The position numbers were made by a program, and so were the translations under genes. The notes under the pieces are model-generated. The model searched no databases and was not told the DNA's origin. It saw nothing but the letters and a program-made list of their open reading frames with translations. From an uncultured Candidatus Micrarchaeota archaeon (GTDB taxonomy: Archaea > Micrarchaeota > Micrarchaeia > Anstonellales > Bilamarchaeaceae): 64,000 bases of DNA. The stretch covers positions 1,184,001 to 1,248,000 of the forward strand of contig OY970229.1 in NCBI GenBank assembly GCA_963714085.1. The letters run 5' to 3'. Positions 1 through 10,020 of this stretch are shown here, piece after piece (positions within the stretch are counted from its first letter, which is position 1; the number at the start of each line of letters is the position of its first letter).

Positions 1-1457
1 AACGCGGCGCGCCTTATCTCGTCGCGCAGCGCGGCCTGCTCGCCCTTCCTGAAATGCAGCATGAGCTTGGAGGTGACCGCGGAGTAGTCCTCGTCCTCCT
101 CGTAGTCTATCCATCCGGCCACCTTCCGCACGCCGTCAGCGACCTGCTTCGGGAAGTACTGGAGGTTGGCCATGTTGAGGTACTTGGCCGAGTCCGTGAG
201 GTCCTCGTCGAGCTTTATGTACATGGTGTGCAGCTCGTCGAACTCCTTCTCGTTCAACGCGCACAGCCCCAGCAGCTCGGGCGGCAAGCCGAGGGAATAG
301 AACGCGGCGCAGAACGTGATCGCCCGCGGCAGGCTCACGCCCTTCAGCGAGCGCGCGTAGCCGAACAGTCCCACGTGCAGCTTCCTCGCTCTTCTCGCAG
401 GCACGAGCGGCGAGATGCCGTTTATGGTATCAGCCAGGAGCCCTATCTGGGACTGGTACTCCTTCCTTATCTTCTCCACTAACTTGAGGGCCGCCTTGGC
501 GTCCATGGGCCTGGGCGGCCTCCTCCTGCCGTGGTTTATCATGTCCACCGCGTTCGCCACGTCCCGGAACGGGTGGTCGTACTTGAAAGATGACTGTATG
601 GTGTATGTCTGGACCGACGGGTACTCCTCCCCGCAGTTCATCACGTTGTCCGGCCTGAAGTTGCCGCGGAACGGGGCGGAGCCGACACCTATTATGGGTA
701 GTATCTCGGTTCCGCTCTCCTCCTCCAGCTTCTCGAGGTCCTGGAGCGCCACCTTCGCGAGCAGCACCGCGCTGACCGAGCCGTAGTTGAGCGCCGGGTC
801 GGAGCGCGCGAGGAACACCCTCTGGTACTCCAGCCGTTTTCCTTCCAAATAAGTCTTCAGGATGCTCCCCGCAGCGAGGAACGAGTCCGAGTTCTCGAAA
901 AGCGGGATGACGTTTATTCCCTCGGGCTGGAAGTCGCCGACCCACTCCTTGACCGTGCGCCTGGACTTCCCGCTCCCCAGCATGGTGTTCTTCTGGCCCA
1001 CTATGACGCGCTCGTAGTACGCGCGGACCATCTCCACCTCCTCGGCCGAGGTGGTCATAGGCAGTATCACCTCGAATATGGGCGGCACGCCTTTGTTCAC
1101 CGCCTGCGCGACGTCGAATGCGCGCGGTATGGAATGCAACGTCTCAAGCAGTATCTTGCCCTGCTCCCTTTCTATGGCAGGGTTCGGCACCCTGTAGGTG
1201 AGGAAGAACTCGCTGCCCAGCTTGTGGCTGCCGAAGAACTCCGTGTAGCGTGAGAGGAGCTTCTCCACGACCTGGTTGTCCGCCTCCTTGCCCTCGCTGT
1301 CCCACATCTGCTCGTTTATGCCCAGCTGAGCGAAGACGTAGTACGCCTCTTTCACCTCGCCCTCCCCTGCAAGCACCTCGCTGTCGGAGAAGAACGGGGT
1401 GCTGATGTTGTCCGGATGCTGGGTGGACATCGTCCTCGGAATCCTTCTGGCTCCCAT
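1..1457 (-). CDS. ppcA: Archaeal-type phosphoenolpyruvate carboxylase (3' end beyond left edge)
   Basis: Hand translation from the ATG at 1457 gives MGARRIPRTMSTQHPDN, then EQMWDSEGKE, FEVILPMT, RVFLARSDPALNYG, GSAPFRG and LPRAITF, all PpcA motifs. Absent from the ORF track because no stop lies in the window. Confidence 0.95.
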   Translation of the reverse strand, partial: MGARRIPRTMSTQHPDNISTPFFSDSEVLAGEGEVKEAYYVFAQLGINEQMWDSEGKEADNQVVEKLLSRYTEFFGSHKLGSEFFLTYRVPNPAIEREQGKILLETLHSIPRAFDVAQAVNKGVPPIFEVILPMTTSAEEVEMVRAYYERVIVGQKNTMLGSGKSRRTVKEWVGDFQPEGINVIPLFENSDSFLAAGSILKTYLEGKRLEYQRVFLARSDPALNYGSVSAVLLAKVALQDLEKLEEESGTEILPIIGVGSAPFRGNFRPDNVMNCGEEYPSVQTYTIQSSFKYDHPFRDVANAVDMINHGRRRPPRPMDAKAALKLVEKIRKEYQSQIGLLADTINGISPLVPARRARKLHVGLFGYARSLKGVSLPRAITFCAAFYSLGLPPELLGLCALNEKEFDELHTMYIKLDEDLTDSAKYLNMANLQYFPKQVADGVRKVAGWIDYEEDEDYSAVTSKLMLHFRKGEQAALRDEIRRAA

Positions 1458-1520
1458 GATGAGGAATGAGGGAAATTCATTTATATATCTTGCTGGAGAT
1501 ACGTCCCCCTAGGTGGTAGG

Positions 1521-2252
1521 TTGATACCCTCCCTGAAAAGAGCGATAGCGCAGTTCGTGAAAAAACCATTCCCCTTCGCCTGGTCATCGATAATGTACCT
1601 CGTGCTCCAGCTGCTGTTCGCATTCGCGGCCGTGGGCCTGTTCATGATATACTTCATCATCGCATCGGTCTTCGGGATGCCCGTGACCGCGAGCAGCGTG
1701 CCGACCGCCCTCGCCGCGGTGTTCGTGCTGGCCGTGCTGGGGTTCTTCTCCTGCGGCCTCAACGCAGGCCTGTTCAGGAGCTATGCGGCGGCGCTCGAAG
1801 GCAGGAAGACCACGGTGGCCGACTTCCTAAGGTATTCTTTCAGGAAATCCGCGCCCATGTTCGCGGTCCTGCTCCTGGCCGGAGTCGTGCTCACCGTGCT
1901 CGTCGGTCCGGCCATAGCGCTCTATAGCGTCTCGCTCAAGGGCATAGCCTACATGGACGTCGTCCTGTGGCTTTACTCCCTGGGCGCGGCGTTCCTGGTG
2001 TTCTTCCTGTTCACGCCCGCGTTCGTCGCAATAGGCGCGTTCGGCACCGAGTTCGTATCCTCGCTGCGCGGCACGATAATGCTCCTCAGGAGGAAGCACG
2101 TCAACGCCCTGGGGCTCTACATACTGTTCGCATTCACCTGGGTGCTGAACGCCATTCCGCTCGTGCAGATAGTATCATTCTTGGTCATCTATCCGGTGAT
2201 CGCTTCGGCGTTCGTCGTCATGTTCCAAGGGAGCGGCGGCCGCCCCCGGTGA
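1521..2252 (+). CDS. Multi-pass membrane protein, unknown function
   Basis: 243 aa, about six hydrophobic segments, host-like codon usage, TTG start. Confidence 0.75.
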   Translation: MIPSLKRAIAQFVKKPFPFAWSSIMYLVLQLLFAFAAVGLFMIYFIIASVFGMPVTASSVPTALAAVFVLAVLGFFSCGLNAGLFRSYAAALEGRKTTVADFLRYSFRKSAPMFAVLLLAGVVLTVLVGPAIALYSVSLKGIAYMDVVLWLYSLGAAFLVFFLFTPAFVAIGAFGTEFVSSLRGTIMLLRRKHVNALGLYILFAFTWVLNAIPLVQIVSFLVIYPVIASAFVVMFQGSGGRPR

Positions 2253-2256
2253 TCAT

Positions 2257-2565
2257 ATGCGAAGGGTATACGAGTGCGAGCTTTCCAAGCAGAAGGACCT
2301 CAAGGCCATAATCGAGGCCGACCCATATGCCGAGGGCAGCTTCGCCCGCGCCGGCTACAAACTGCGCGACGGCGGCTCGCTCAACGAGGACAAGGCGAAG
2401 GTCTACCTCTACATCTCGGCATCCGACGATTTCATAAAAAAGGCCGACAACGCGCTCAAGGACGTGGCCAAGCCCCTCAAGGGCGAGGCCGAGAAGCGCA
2501 TAATAGACAAGATAGTCGCTGAAGAGGAGAACGCCGAATCCGGGTTCGGCAGCATGTTCGGCTAA
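2257..2565 (+). CDS. Small conserved-looking archaeal protein with acidic/hydrophobic C-terminal tail
   Basis: 102 aa, GGTGA SD upstream, ends EEENAESGFGSMFG. Confidence 0.8.
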   Translation: MRRVYECELSKQKDLKAIIEADPYAEGSFARAGYKLRDGGSLNEDKAKVYLYISASDDFIKKADNALKDVAKPLKGEAEKRIIDKIVAEEENAESGFGSMFG

Positions 2566-2569
2566 TCAG

Positions 2570-3136
2570 TTACGTGCTGACTCCGTTTCCACCGCGCGCG
2601 TCCAGCATCTTCGCAAATTCTAAATGGCCGTATTTGGTGGCGTATCCCCTCACATTCCATCCCTTGTGGACCCCCACTGTTACCACCGCGTTCACATTCG
2701 CTCCATTCTCAATAAGCAGCTTTCCGTTTTCAATGCGGTCATACATGGCAGCCCACATGAGCGCCGTTACGCCATCAGCGTCACTCGCCTTCGGATTCGC
2801 TCCCCAGCTAATTAGCGTCTTCACCATTATCACGTTGCAGTCCCCGCTGGCTATGCACAGCGCCGCCTGCTCCATCGCGTTCGCATCCGCTCCATCATCC
2901 AGCGCCCGGCGCGCTGCTCGCACATTCTTGCGTCTGACAGCATCGATCAGAGCCCTATCAAGCTCACTCTGTTGCTCCAAGGCCGCATCCTGCTTCCCTT
3001 TTTGCTCCGGGCTCGGCTTTACACTCGTCGTAAGCGGTTCGACTGCCTCTTTTGCCCTTGTTTTCCTGCGTGTGTACGGGCCCCGCCCAGTCCCGTGCGC
3101 GGTTTTTTTCACGACTATGCTCGGTTCCAATGCCAT
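2570..3136 (-). CDS. Ankyrin repeat protein with basic disordered N-terminus
   Basis: ALIDAV...GADANA, ALCIAS...LISWGANP, GVTALMWAA...LIENGANVNA ankyrin repeats. Confidence 0.9.
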   Translation of the reverse strand: MALEPSIVVKKTAHGTGRGPYTRRKTRAKEAVEPLTTSVKPSPEQKGKQDAALEQQSELDRALIDAVRRKNVRAARRALDDGADANAMEQAALCIASGDCNVIMVKTLISWGANPKASDADGVTALMWAAMYDRIENGKLLIENGANVNAVVTVGVHKGWNVRGYATKYGHLEFAKMLDARGGNGVST

Positions 3137-3231
3137 GACGATTCCCTACACTATTGTGCCAACAAATGTTTATAAATAGTGATTTTTAGTGGTACGCCAA
3201 CTCTTTTATTCTTTCTTCCCCTATCCTACTC

Positions 3232-3750
3232 ATGGACGAGCCGCAAGCACCTATCCAGGAGAAGAAATCCATCGCCTCGCGCGGGGTGCCCTCATCCGAA
3301 TCCATCTATCTGCCGCCCTACAACAGCGAGGAGCTGCGGAGCTTCCAGGACGCCTCGGAGAACCCGACCAGGAACCTCTGGTCCGTGGAGGAGGTCGCCA
3401 ACTTCGTCTTCTCACGCAGGTACCAGCCGAAATACTACGAGATCGCGCTCGCGTTCCTGCGCCTATTGTCCGCGCAGTCGCACCTGGACGGGGCCATGAT
3501 ATCGAAATTCGTGTCCGACAACAACGTGTCCAAGGCGACGTTCTACAACCGCGTGCTCCCGCGCCTCAGGCGCGTCGGCATGATAAAGATAGAGCGCGAC
3601 ACCATCGTCGCGGTGGAGAGCAAGCGCAAGTTCAGGCCCATGCGCATAAGCCTGAGCAAGACCTTCGGTAATTATCTGATGAAAATAGGCGATTCCTGGC
3701 TCGCGATAGTGGACGACACCAGGACCATGAAAAAACAGGAGAAGCTCTGA
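3232..3750 (+). CDS. Hypothetical protein, probable winged-helix DNA-binding fold
   Basis: VSKATFYNRVLPRLRRVGMIKIER resembles a recognition helix plus wing; core-like codon usage. Confidence 0.6.
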   Translation: MDEPQAPIQEKKSIASRGVPSSESIYLPPYNSEELRSFQDASENPTRNLWSVEEVANFVFSRRYQPKYYEIALAFLRLLSAQSHLDGAMISKFVSDNNVSKATFYNRVLPRLRRVGMIKIERDTIVAVESKRKFRPMRISLSKTFGNYLMKIGDSWLAIVDDTRTMKKQEKL

Positions 3751-3814
3751 TTATTTCGTCGCTCCGGCAGGCTTCGCCTCATCCGGTGCGATCGGGCACG
3801 TGATCTTGGCCTCC

Positions 3815-4477
3815 TTATATGCCATGCCATTGAATACGATAGTGCTTCGCCTCGTCCGATGCGGCCGGGCACGTGAACTCGACAAGCGCGCCTTTTCCTG
3901 AGCGTTTTACGGCCTTGATTTTGACGACAAGCGCAGCCTCGCCAAAACTCGCCGTCTTGCCATACTTGATTCTACAGGCTCCCATGTCCATGGCGAGTTC
4001 GACACCCTTGTCATCTATCTTCGTGAACGTGACATTGAAATGAACTGGTGTTTCAGGGGCGACCCGATACGTGCTGAGGATGGTATCGCCTTCATGTACA
4101 GTGTGTTTTACTTTCTTGTACGCTGTCACGTTTGCTGCCGGAACGACCGTGGCACCAAGGTCGCTCGGCTTGGCGCTGTTCTCCACGTGCGTCACCGCGA
4201 CGGCCTTGAACATCGTGGCGTGCTGGGCATTGCCCATCTGGCCCGCGAGCTTGTCTATCTCGTTTTTGGCGGAAAGGCTGATCTTGCCCATATCGATGAT
4301 GCTCGACCTCGCGTAGACGAGGCCTGCGTCAGCCTTGGCCTTGATGCCTGCTGGCTTCGAAGGTTCGCTCTTCCTCACACATCCCCCGCAAAGAGGCAGG
4401 ACAGTCGCAAAAACCAGCGCTCCTACCTTCAGCGTGTCCACGAACCTTCTTTGAGTCGTTCTCTGCATCCATGCCAC
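3815..4477 (-). CDS. Hypothetical exported or lipoprotein-like protein
   Basis: Basic N-terminus, hydrophobic stretch ending GGC, beta-rich remainder. Confidence 0.55.
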   Translation of the reverse strand: MAWMQRTTQRRFVDTLKVGALVFATVLPLCGGCVRKSEPSKPAGIKAKADAGLVYARSSIIDMGKISLSAKNEIDKLAGQMGNAQHATMFKAVAVTHVENSAKPSDLGATVVPAANVTAYKKVKHTVHEGDTILSTYRVAPETPVHFNVTFTKIDDKGVELAMDMGACRIKYGKTASFGEAALVVKIKAVKRSGKGALVEFTCPAASDEAKHYRIQWHGI

Positions 4478-4484
4478 CCTGGTT

Positions 4485-6371
4485 TCACTTGCGCTTCTTC
4501 CCCTTGAATTTCTTGGCGTTCCTGGTCGGTTTCCTTACCGGTTTCCTCGATGGCCTCGCGGAATACGAGCGCCGCGGAGACGTAACCGTCCCCCTCGCGG
4601 CGCGGATGTCCTCGCCGAGCATCTGCCGCTCGGTCTCCTTCTCCGCGAGCAGCTGCGTGACGCTGCCCAGCTTGTTCTGGGCCTCCTGCCTCACGGTCTC
4701 GAAATCCGCTATGCCCGAGGTGTCGGTGCGCAGCTTGGCTATCATCTCCTTGCTGTCCCGGACTAGGTCTGCCAGGCGCCTCTTCGAGTCCGCGATTTTG
4801 GACTCCACGTCCTTCTCCTCCCCGGTCGCCCTGTTGAGCTCCGAGTCGTAGTTCGCGGTCATGCCGTCCAGCTCGCGCAGGTACTTCTTGATGTATGCCG
4901 CCTCGGCGCTCTCCTGGAGCGCTGAGAGCTCATCGTCCCCGGCGCGCACGTAGCTCGTTATGCCGTCTATCTTGGACTCGTAATCCTTGACGTATTCGCG
5001 GACCCACTTCTCGACCTTCTCGATGCTTGCCATCTGGCCCTCGAGCCCGTCCAGCTCCGCCTCCTTGGAGTCCATGGAGCTCCTCACACGGTCCACCATG
5101 TCGGCGATCTCCACCTTCATCTGCGTGGCGTCCTCCAGGTCCGAGAGCAGCTCCTTCATTGCAGAATTGAGCTCCCCTATCTGCTCCTGGGTCTCGTCCG
5201 CGGACTTCCTGAGGTCCGCGACCCTGCCCTCCACGTCTCCGGAGAGCCTTTTGAGCTCCGCGATCCTCCCCTTCTCGCCGTCTATCTTGGAGCGCGCGTC
5301 CGCCATCCTGCCCTCGAGCTCCTCCTTGGACGCGTCTACGGTCTCCATGAACGCTTCGACGTCGGCCCTGGCCTTCTTGAGGACCTCGCGGCCGTCCGTC
5401 TCCAGCTTCGTTATCATCCTGTGGACCTTCTCCACTTCCTCGACCTTGTCCGGCAGCTCCAGCACCCGCTCCTTGAGCGCGAGCACCCTGCCCTCCTTCT
5501 CGAGTATGCGTTCTGTGATGGACGCGATGTCCGCCTCCACCTTGGATTCGAGCGACAGGTACCTCTCGCGGTATACCCTGTCCTTCTCGGCTTTCAGCTT
5601 CTCCAGGTTCGCCCTCTCCTTGTTCATCTCGTTGAGATAGGCGTTCACCAGCTCCTTCGCCTTCGCGGACTCCCCTGTCATCCTCGCCGGCTTCCTGACC
5701 TTCTCCGGCTCCACCGCATCCGGCTCCGCCCGCTGCTCGACCTCGTCGTGAGGGACTGCGGCGAAGCTTTGCTCCTCAGCTTCGAGCTCCTTGCGTTCGG
5801 TGAGCATCTCGCGCGCGACCACCTGGAAGTCCTGCCTTTTCGTCTCGATAGCGGATTCCATCCTCTCAGGCTCCGGGCCTTCTGGCCCCTCGGGCGCGTC
5901 CGGATGGGCGCTCGCCACCGACCTCACGCCGCTGTCCCTGCGGGAATCGAGCTTGCCGAGTATGCTGCTCTTGATGTCGCCCTCGTCGTCCCTCTGCGCC
6001 TGCTTCCTCTTGAGGTACTCCTCGAGGCGCCTCTCCGACTCGTCGCCCTTGCTTATCTCGCTGAAGACCTCGTCGTAGGCCTCGTGGGTCTGCTTGGTCT
6101 CCATGCCGCTCAGCGCAGCGTCCAGGTCCTTGTCCGAGTGCCTGGCCTCCTCGCCGAGCCAGAGGATATTGGTGCCCCTGAGGCCGTAGACTATGCTGAT
6201 GTATCCTTCGTCCTCGAGCACGCGCACCCATTTGTCTATCGCGCGCCTGTCCATCCCCGTGAGCCTCTCGAGCTCGGCCAATTCGATCCGCCTCTTCTCC
6301 GATATGGTCCTTATCAGCCTGTCCACGTCTGTGCTGACAAGTGCTCCGTTAACAGTTATCTTGTCTGACAT
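4485..6371 (-). CDS. Long coiled-coil protein with N-terminal winged helix and basic C-terminal tail
   Basis: 628 aa; N-terminal TDVDRLI...KWVRVLEDEGYISIVY; about 350 aa of E/K heptad-rich sequence; tail KKFKGKKRK. Confidence 0.8.
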   Translation of the reverse strand: MSDKITVNGALVSTDVDRLIRTISEKRRIELAELERLTGMDRRAIDKWVRVLEDEGYISIVYGLRGTNILWLGEEARHSDKDLDAALSGMETKQTHEAYDEVFSEISKGDESERRLEEYLKRKQAQRDDEGDIKSSILGKLDSRRDSGVRSVASAHPDAPEGPEGPEPERMESAIETKRQDFQVVAREMLTERKELEAEEQSFAAVPHDEVEQRAEPDAVEPEKVRKPARMTGESAKAKELVNAYLNEMNKERANLEKLKAEKDRVYRERYLSLESKVEADIASITERILEKEGRVLALKERVLELPDKVEEVEKVHRMITKLETDGREVLKKARADVEAFMETVDASKEELEGRMADARSKIDGEKGRIAELKRLSGDVEGRVADLRKSADETQEQIGELNSAMKELLSDLEDATQMKVEIADMVDRVRSSMDSKEAELDGLEGQMASIEKVEKWVREYVKDYESKIDGITSYVRAGDDELSALQESAEAAYIKKYLRELDGMTANYDSELNRATGEEKDVESKIADSKRRLADLVRDSKEMIAKLRTDTSGIADFETVRQEAQNKLGSVTQLLAEKETERQMLGEDIRAARGTVTSPRRSYSARPSRKPVRKPTRNAKKFKGKKRK

Positions 6372-6462
6372 TCTCTCCCCTCCTATACGTAGTTGTGTGG
6401 GGAAACGTTTAAAAAGATAGTATATGAAAGTGGAGGAATGTGTGCGGTAGCGCGGGACGACC

Positions 6463-6978
6463 CTACGACGTTATGACGGCGTAGTTGCCCGATATCTTCC
6501 TCATCGCGCGGTCGAACGCCACCGACGCGACGGCCGCGTTCGCCTTGTAGGTGTATATGGAGAAGAGGTCGCTGCCCTTGGCGAGCCTGGCCGCCATGTC
6601 AGTGGGCCTGCCGAAAGCGCGTCTCATGCCCTTCTGCAGACGGTCGGCCCCTGCGCCGGCGATCATCTTGTTCTCCCTTATGACGTGGTGCGGGTAGACC
6701 CTCACGATGAAGTAGTACTCGCCCGGGGCCTCCTTCTCGAGCTGTTTGTTCGCGCTCATGCGCGCAGCCTCGATGGCGTTGTCGCGCAGTATGACCGGCG
6801 CCAGCGCCCGGAGGTGCATCACCAGGTCGTAATCGCGCTTGTCCACGCCCATCCTGAACTGGTGGAGGTCCTTGTGCGGCATGGCCTTTATGTAAGACCT
6901 TCTCGGCTTCGACCTGCTGAACCTGGTCCATGCGACCTTGTCAGCGTCCCTTATGCTCCTGCCTGGTCTGATTCCCAT
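6463..6978 (-). CDS. rpl10e: 50S ribosomal protein uL16 (L10e)
   Basis: [31 protein letters not shown] signature. Confidence 0.97.
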   Translation of the reverse strand: [171 protein letters not shown]

Positions 6979-7105
6979 GAATGCTCACCTTGATGTTTTC
7001 AATAACGAGTGTCAAAAGTGTGTTGCGTTAGGATTTTAAACGCTCGCGTTGGCGGAGGAAGACCCGGAGCGGTCCGCTTGGCGTCGTTCGCAGCATAAAA
7101 ATAAT

Positions 7106-7178
7106 TGCGGTCGTCGGGATTTGAACCCGAGTTATAGGCTTGGAGGGCCTAAGTCCTACCAGGCTAGACTACAACCGC
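7106..7178 (-). tRNA. tRNA-Gly(TCC)
   Basis: Reverse complement GCGGTTG...TAGGC-CT-TCC-like loop (ccTCCaa)-GCCTA...GGTTCAAATCC...CGACCGCA forms a cloverleaf; no CCA encoded. Confidence 0.95.
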
Positions 7179-7249
7179 GTTGGTATCTAAAGACCTTTTA
7201 TCGTGGGGGAAGGGTTAAAAACCCTTTAAGTGCGTCCGAAGGCAAGCAC

Positions 7250-9368
7250 TCATTTGATCCCGAATATGGATTTGATGAAGTCGATTATGCCATCGAAGAA
7301 CCCTGCCGGTTTGGGCGCTCCGTTGGTTTCACCGGATACCTGCTGGATGCTCGTGTTCTGCTGCGCCGTGGCATTTGAAATATTCTGCTGCGCGCTTGCG
7401 TTTTGCTGCGCCGCGGTGCTGGAAGCATTCTGCTGCGTCCATACTCCTGAAGAGCCGCCCTGCCGCGTTCCCGCGCCGTTCTGCGGGATGGTCGGGCCGC
7501 TTGCAGCGCCAGTATTCGTGGTTATGTTCAGGCTGCTCCAGTTGAAGTTGGCATACTTGGTCGAATTGGCCTCTTCCGGCAGCGTGAATCCGACCGCGTT
7601 CGAAGTGATGGTGCGCGCGGACGAGATGCTGGTCGCCAGCGGGGTGATATTGATGATGTTCGTAGTGTTCTTGGTCGTGAAAACCCACTGGAAGTCCGAG
7701 TAAAGCGGGGTTCCGTTCACGGATCTGATGTCTTTGGACAGGTACACCACGTAATCCGTATCCGGTTCGAGCTGCCTGTCCGGTGTGAATATAGCCAGGT
7801 TCTTCGCGACCGTGATCTGGCCCGACACCGGGGTCCCGGACGCATCCGTGACGCGGAACGTCGTCGAGTTCACGGTCGTGTTGTCAAGAGGTTGCGTGAA
7901 GATCGGGCAGACGCTGAAGTAGTCTTCGAGATACTGGCTCGCGAAGGTGCCATTCTGCGGGTAGACCTTTTTCACGAACATCATGTCCGCCCCAGCGATC
8001 AAGCCGGGCGAAACACCCGGGAAAAGACCCTGGACGAGCTGGTTGTCGGAGCCTGGCTGGAAAGGTATCTTATCTCCTGCGACCGCGATATCTATCCAGG
8101 AGCCATTGGTGCCGATGCTCTGGAGCTGCTCCATATCATCCAGGTCGTAGACCAAGACAGTATCCCAGAGGGTCTCACCTGGCGAGTCGCCGAAAGAGGT
8201 TGTCACGAAAGCGAGCTTGCCGTCGCTGGTCGTTGCGATGGTCGATGGGCCCTCGGTTTTCGGAACGGTGAGGTATCCTCCCACGTCCGAGGAATACAGC
8301 TCATCGTTCGGCACGATATTCATATCCGTCATGCTGTTGACGAATGGTTCCGCTGTCTTGAGCCCGGAGTATTTGTGCGTCGTGTACGTCTTAACGTAGT
8401 TGGAATCCATGGTGTACCCTATGACATAGAGCGTGTTCCCGTCCTCCGAGACAGAAAGTGCGACCGGGTAGTACCAGGTGATCATGAATTGCATCCCTCT
8501 CGTCTGCGTGTTCATCACCACGATTCCGGTCTCCTGGGCGTTCGTAGCATAAAGCATGGTGCCGTTCGCGCCTATGGCGATGTCCCGGGTGTAGACGCCC
8601 TCAGCCCCGCCTCCAAGAAGATTGATGGCGCTCACCGTGTTCGTGGACCAGTCGAGCTCGTAGACCTTCGGGGCCTGGAACCACGGGGCGAAGTAAACTT
8701 TCGAGCCGTCGGAAGAGAAGGCCATGCTGTTATACATGGTCGGGGTCTTGCCCGGAAGATTCCAGGAGACGCCTTTCGAGAAATCCATTATATACAAGCC
8801 GCCATTGGAGGCGTTGTCCTGATAAGCGAGGTAGAGCTTGCCATCCGGCGCGACCGCCAGGTGATCCGGGGTTATCCCGTCGAACTCATACTGGTCTATG
8901 GGCTGCTGCGTGCTCGCATTGAGGCGGACCACGCGCGTGGTGCTGATTTTCGGGCATTCGTCGTATTCGGAACAGCCTGGAGTGAGATTCTCCCATGTGA
9001 CCGCGGCGTAGACGAACTGGCTGTCAGGAGATACTGCGACGCCGCCGATGTACGCGCCTGAGATGCCCGGATTTATCTTCGAAACGATCTTGAGGGTCGA
9101 GGAATCTATCACCAGGGCGGAGCTGCTCGCTACGTAGACCATCGGCCCGCTTTCGAGCTCGAGTTCGGCGGCTGCTAGCAATGAGCTTGTGTTGATGCCG
9201 GTCAGGCTGATGCGCTGGAGCGTGGTGTTGCTAAGAGGCGGTGTGGCTATGCTTGTGTTGAGCGCGGCCACGTGAATCAGGGGTTGGCCTGATCCGAGCG
9301 AGACTGCGTAAACCGGAGAGGATCCTAGAATCAGCAAAAGCAGAATGACACAGGATAATTTCATCATC
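7250..9368 (-). CDS. Secreted surface protein: YVTN-like beta-propeller, Ig-like (Big_5-like) domain, S/T/Q/N linker, C-terminal amphipathic helix
   Basis: Signal peptide MMKLSCVILLLLILG; repeated VAVSPD/LAVAPDG/AFSSDG blades; FTQPLDNTTV...FTPDRQLEPDTDYVV; ends GFFDGIIDFIKSIFGIK. Confidence 0.8.
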
Positions 9369-9620
9369 ACAACCCCGGTCTTCACTTGCCGGGTTATATT
9401 TATAATGCGAGGCCCCCCGGCGTCATAGCTTGCAGCGCAGTTCCATATGGAAATCCCGGAAGCCCCGGCAAGCACGGTGTTTATAACTGATAAAGGAAAA
9501 GAACCCGATCTGTGCCTGACCGCGTGAATGTTCTTCTATCGTGAGGGTTAAAAAGCCTTTAACTCGCGCCCGGAGGAAAGCTCCAGAAAATATTAAAATC
9601 TTAAGTCAGAGGTAAACGCG

Positions 9621-10019
9621 GTGATATCCATGGGGCTTTCGTATGTAAGCATAAGGGTAAAGGATATGAAGAAGTCGCTGGCTTTCTACACCCGTAAGAT
9701 GGGCCTGAAGGTCATCGGCAAGAGGGAGATGCCCGGCGAGCTGATCATGCAGCTGGAGGACAAGGCAACGAAGCAGCGCCTGAACCTCATGTGGTACGCG
9801 AAAAGCAACAGATGGTACACGCCATACAAGATGAACGGGGTCGAATTAGACCATCTGATGTTCCAAGTCCCGGACGCGAAGAAGGCCTACGCCAAGCTTC
9901 TGAAGGGTGGCGCGATCAAGGCCACGGACATCTGGGATGGCAAGGAGCGCGTCATGGGCCTGGTCAAGGATCCCAACGGCATCTGGATCGGCGTGATGAG
10001 CGTCAAGAAGAAAAGATAA
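9621..10019 (+). CDS. VOC/glyoxalase family protein
   Basis: IRVKDMKKSLAFY...GL, LDHLMFQVPD, VKDPNGIWI. Confidence 0.9.
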   Translation: MISMGLSYVSIRVKDMKKSLAFYTRKMGLKVIGKREMPGELIMQLEDKATKQRLNLMWYAKSNRWYTPYKMNGVELDHLMFQVPDAKKAYAKLLKGGAIKATDIWDGKERVMGLVKDPNGIWIGVMSVKKKR

Positions 10020-10020
10020 T

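Noticed and set aside
54..945. ORF-track entries 54-482, 415-786 and 430-945
   Set aside because: Shadow frames of ppcA, which spans 1-1457 on the minus strand
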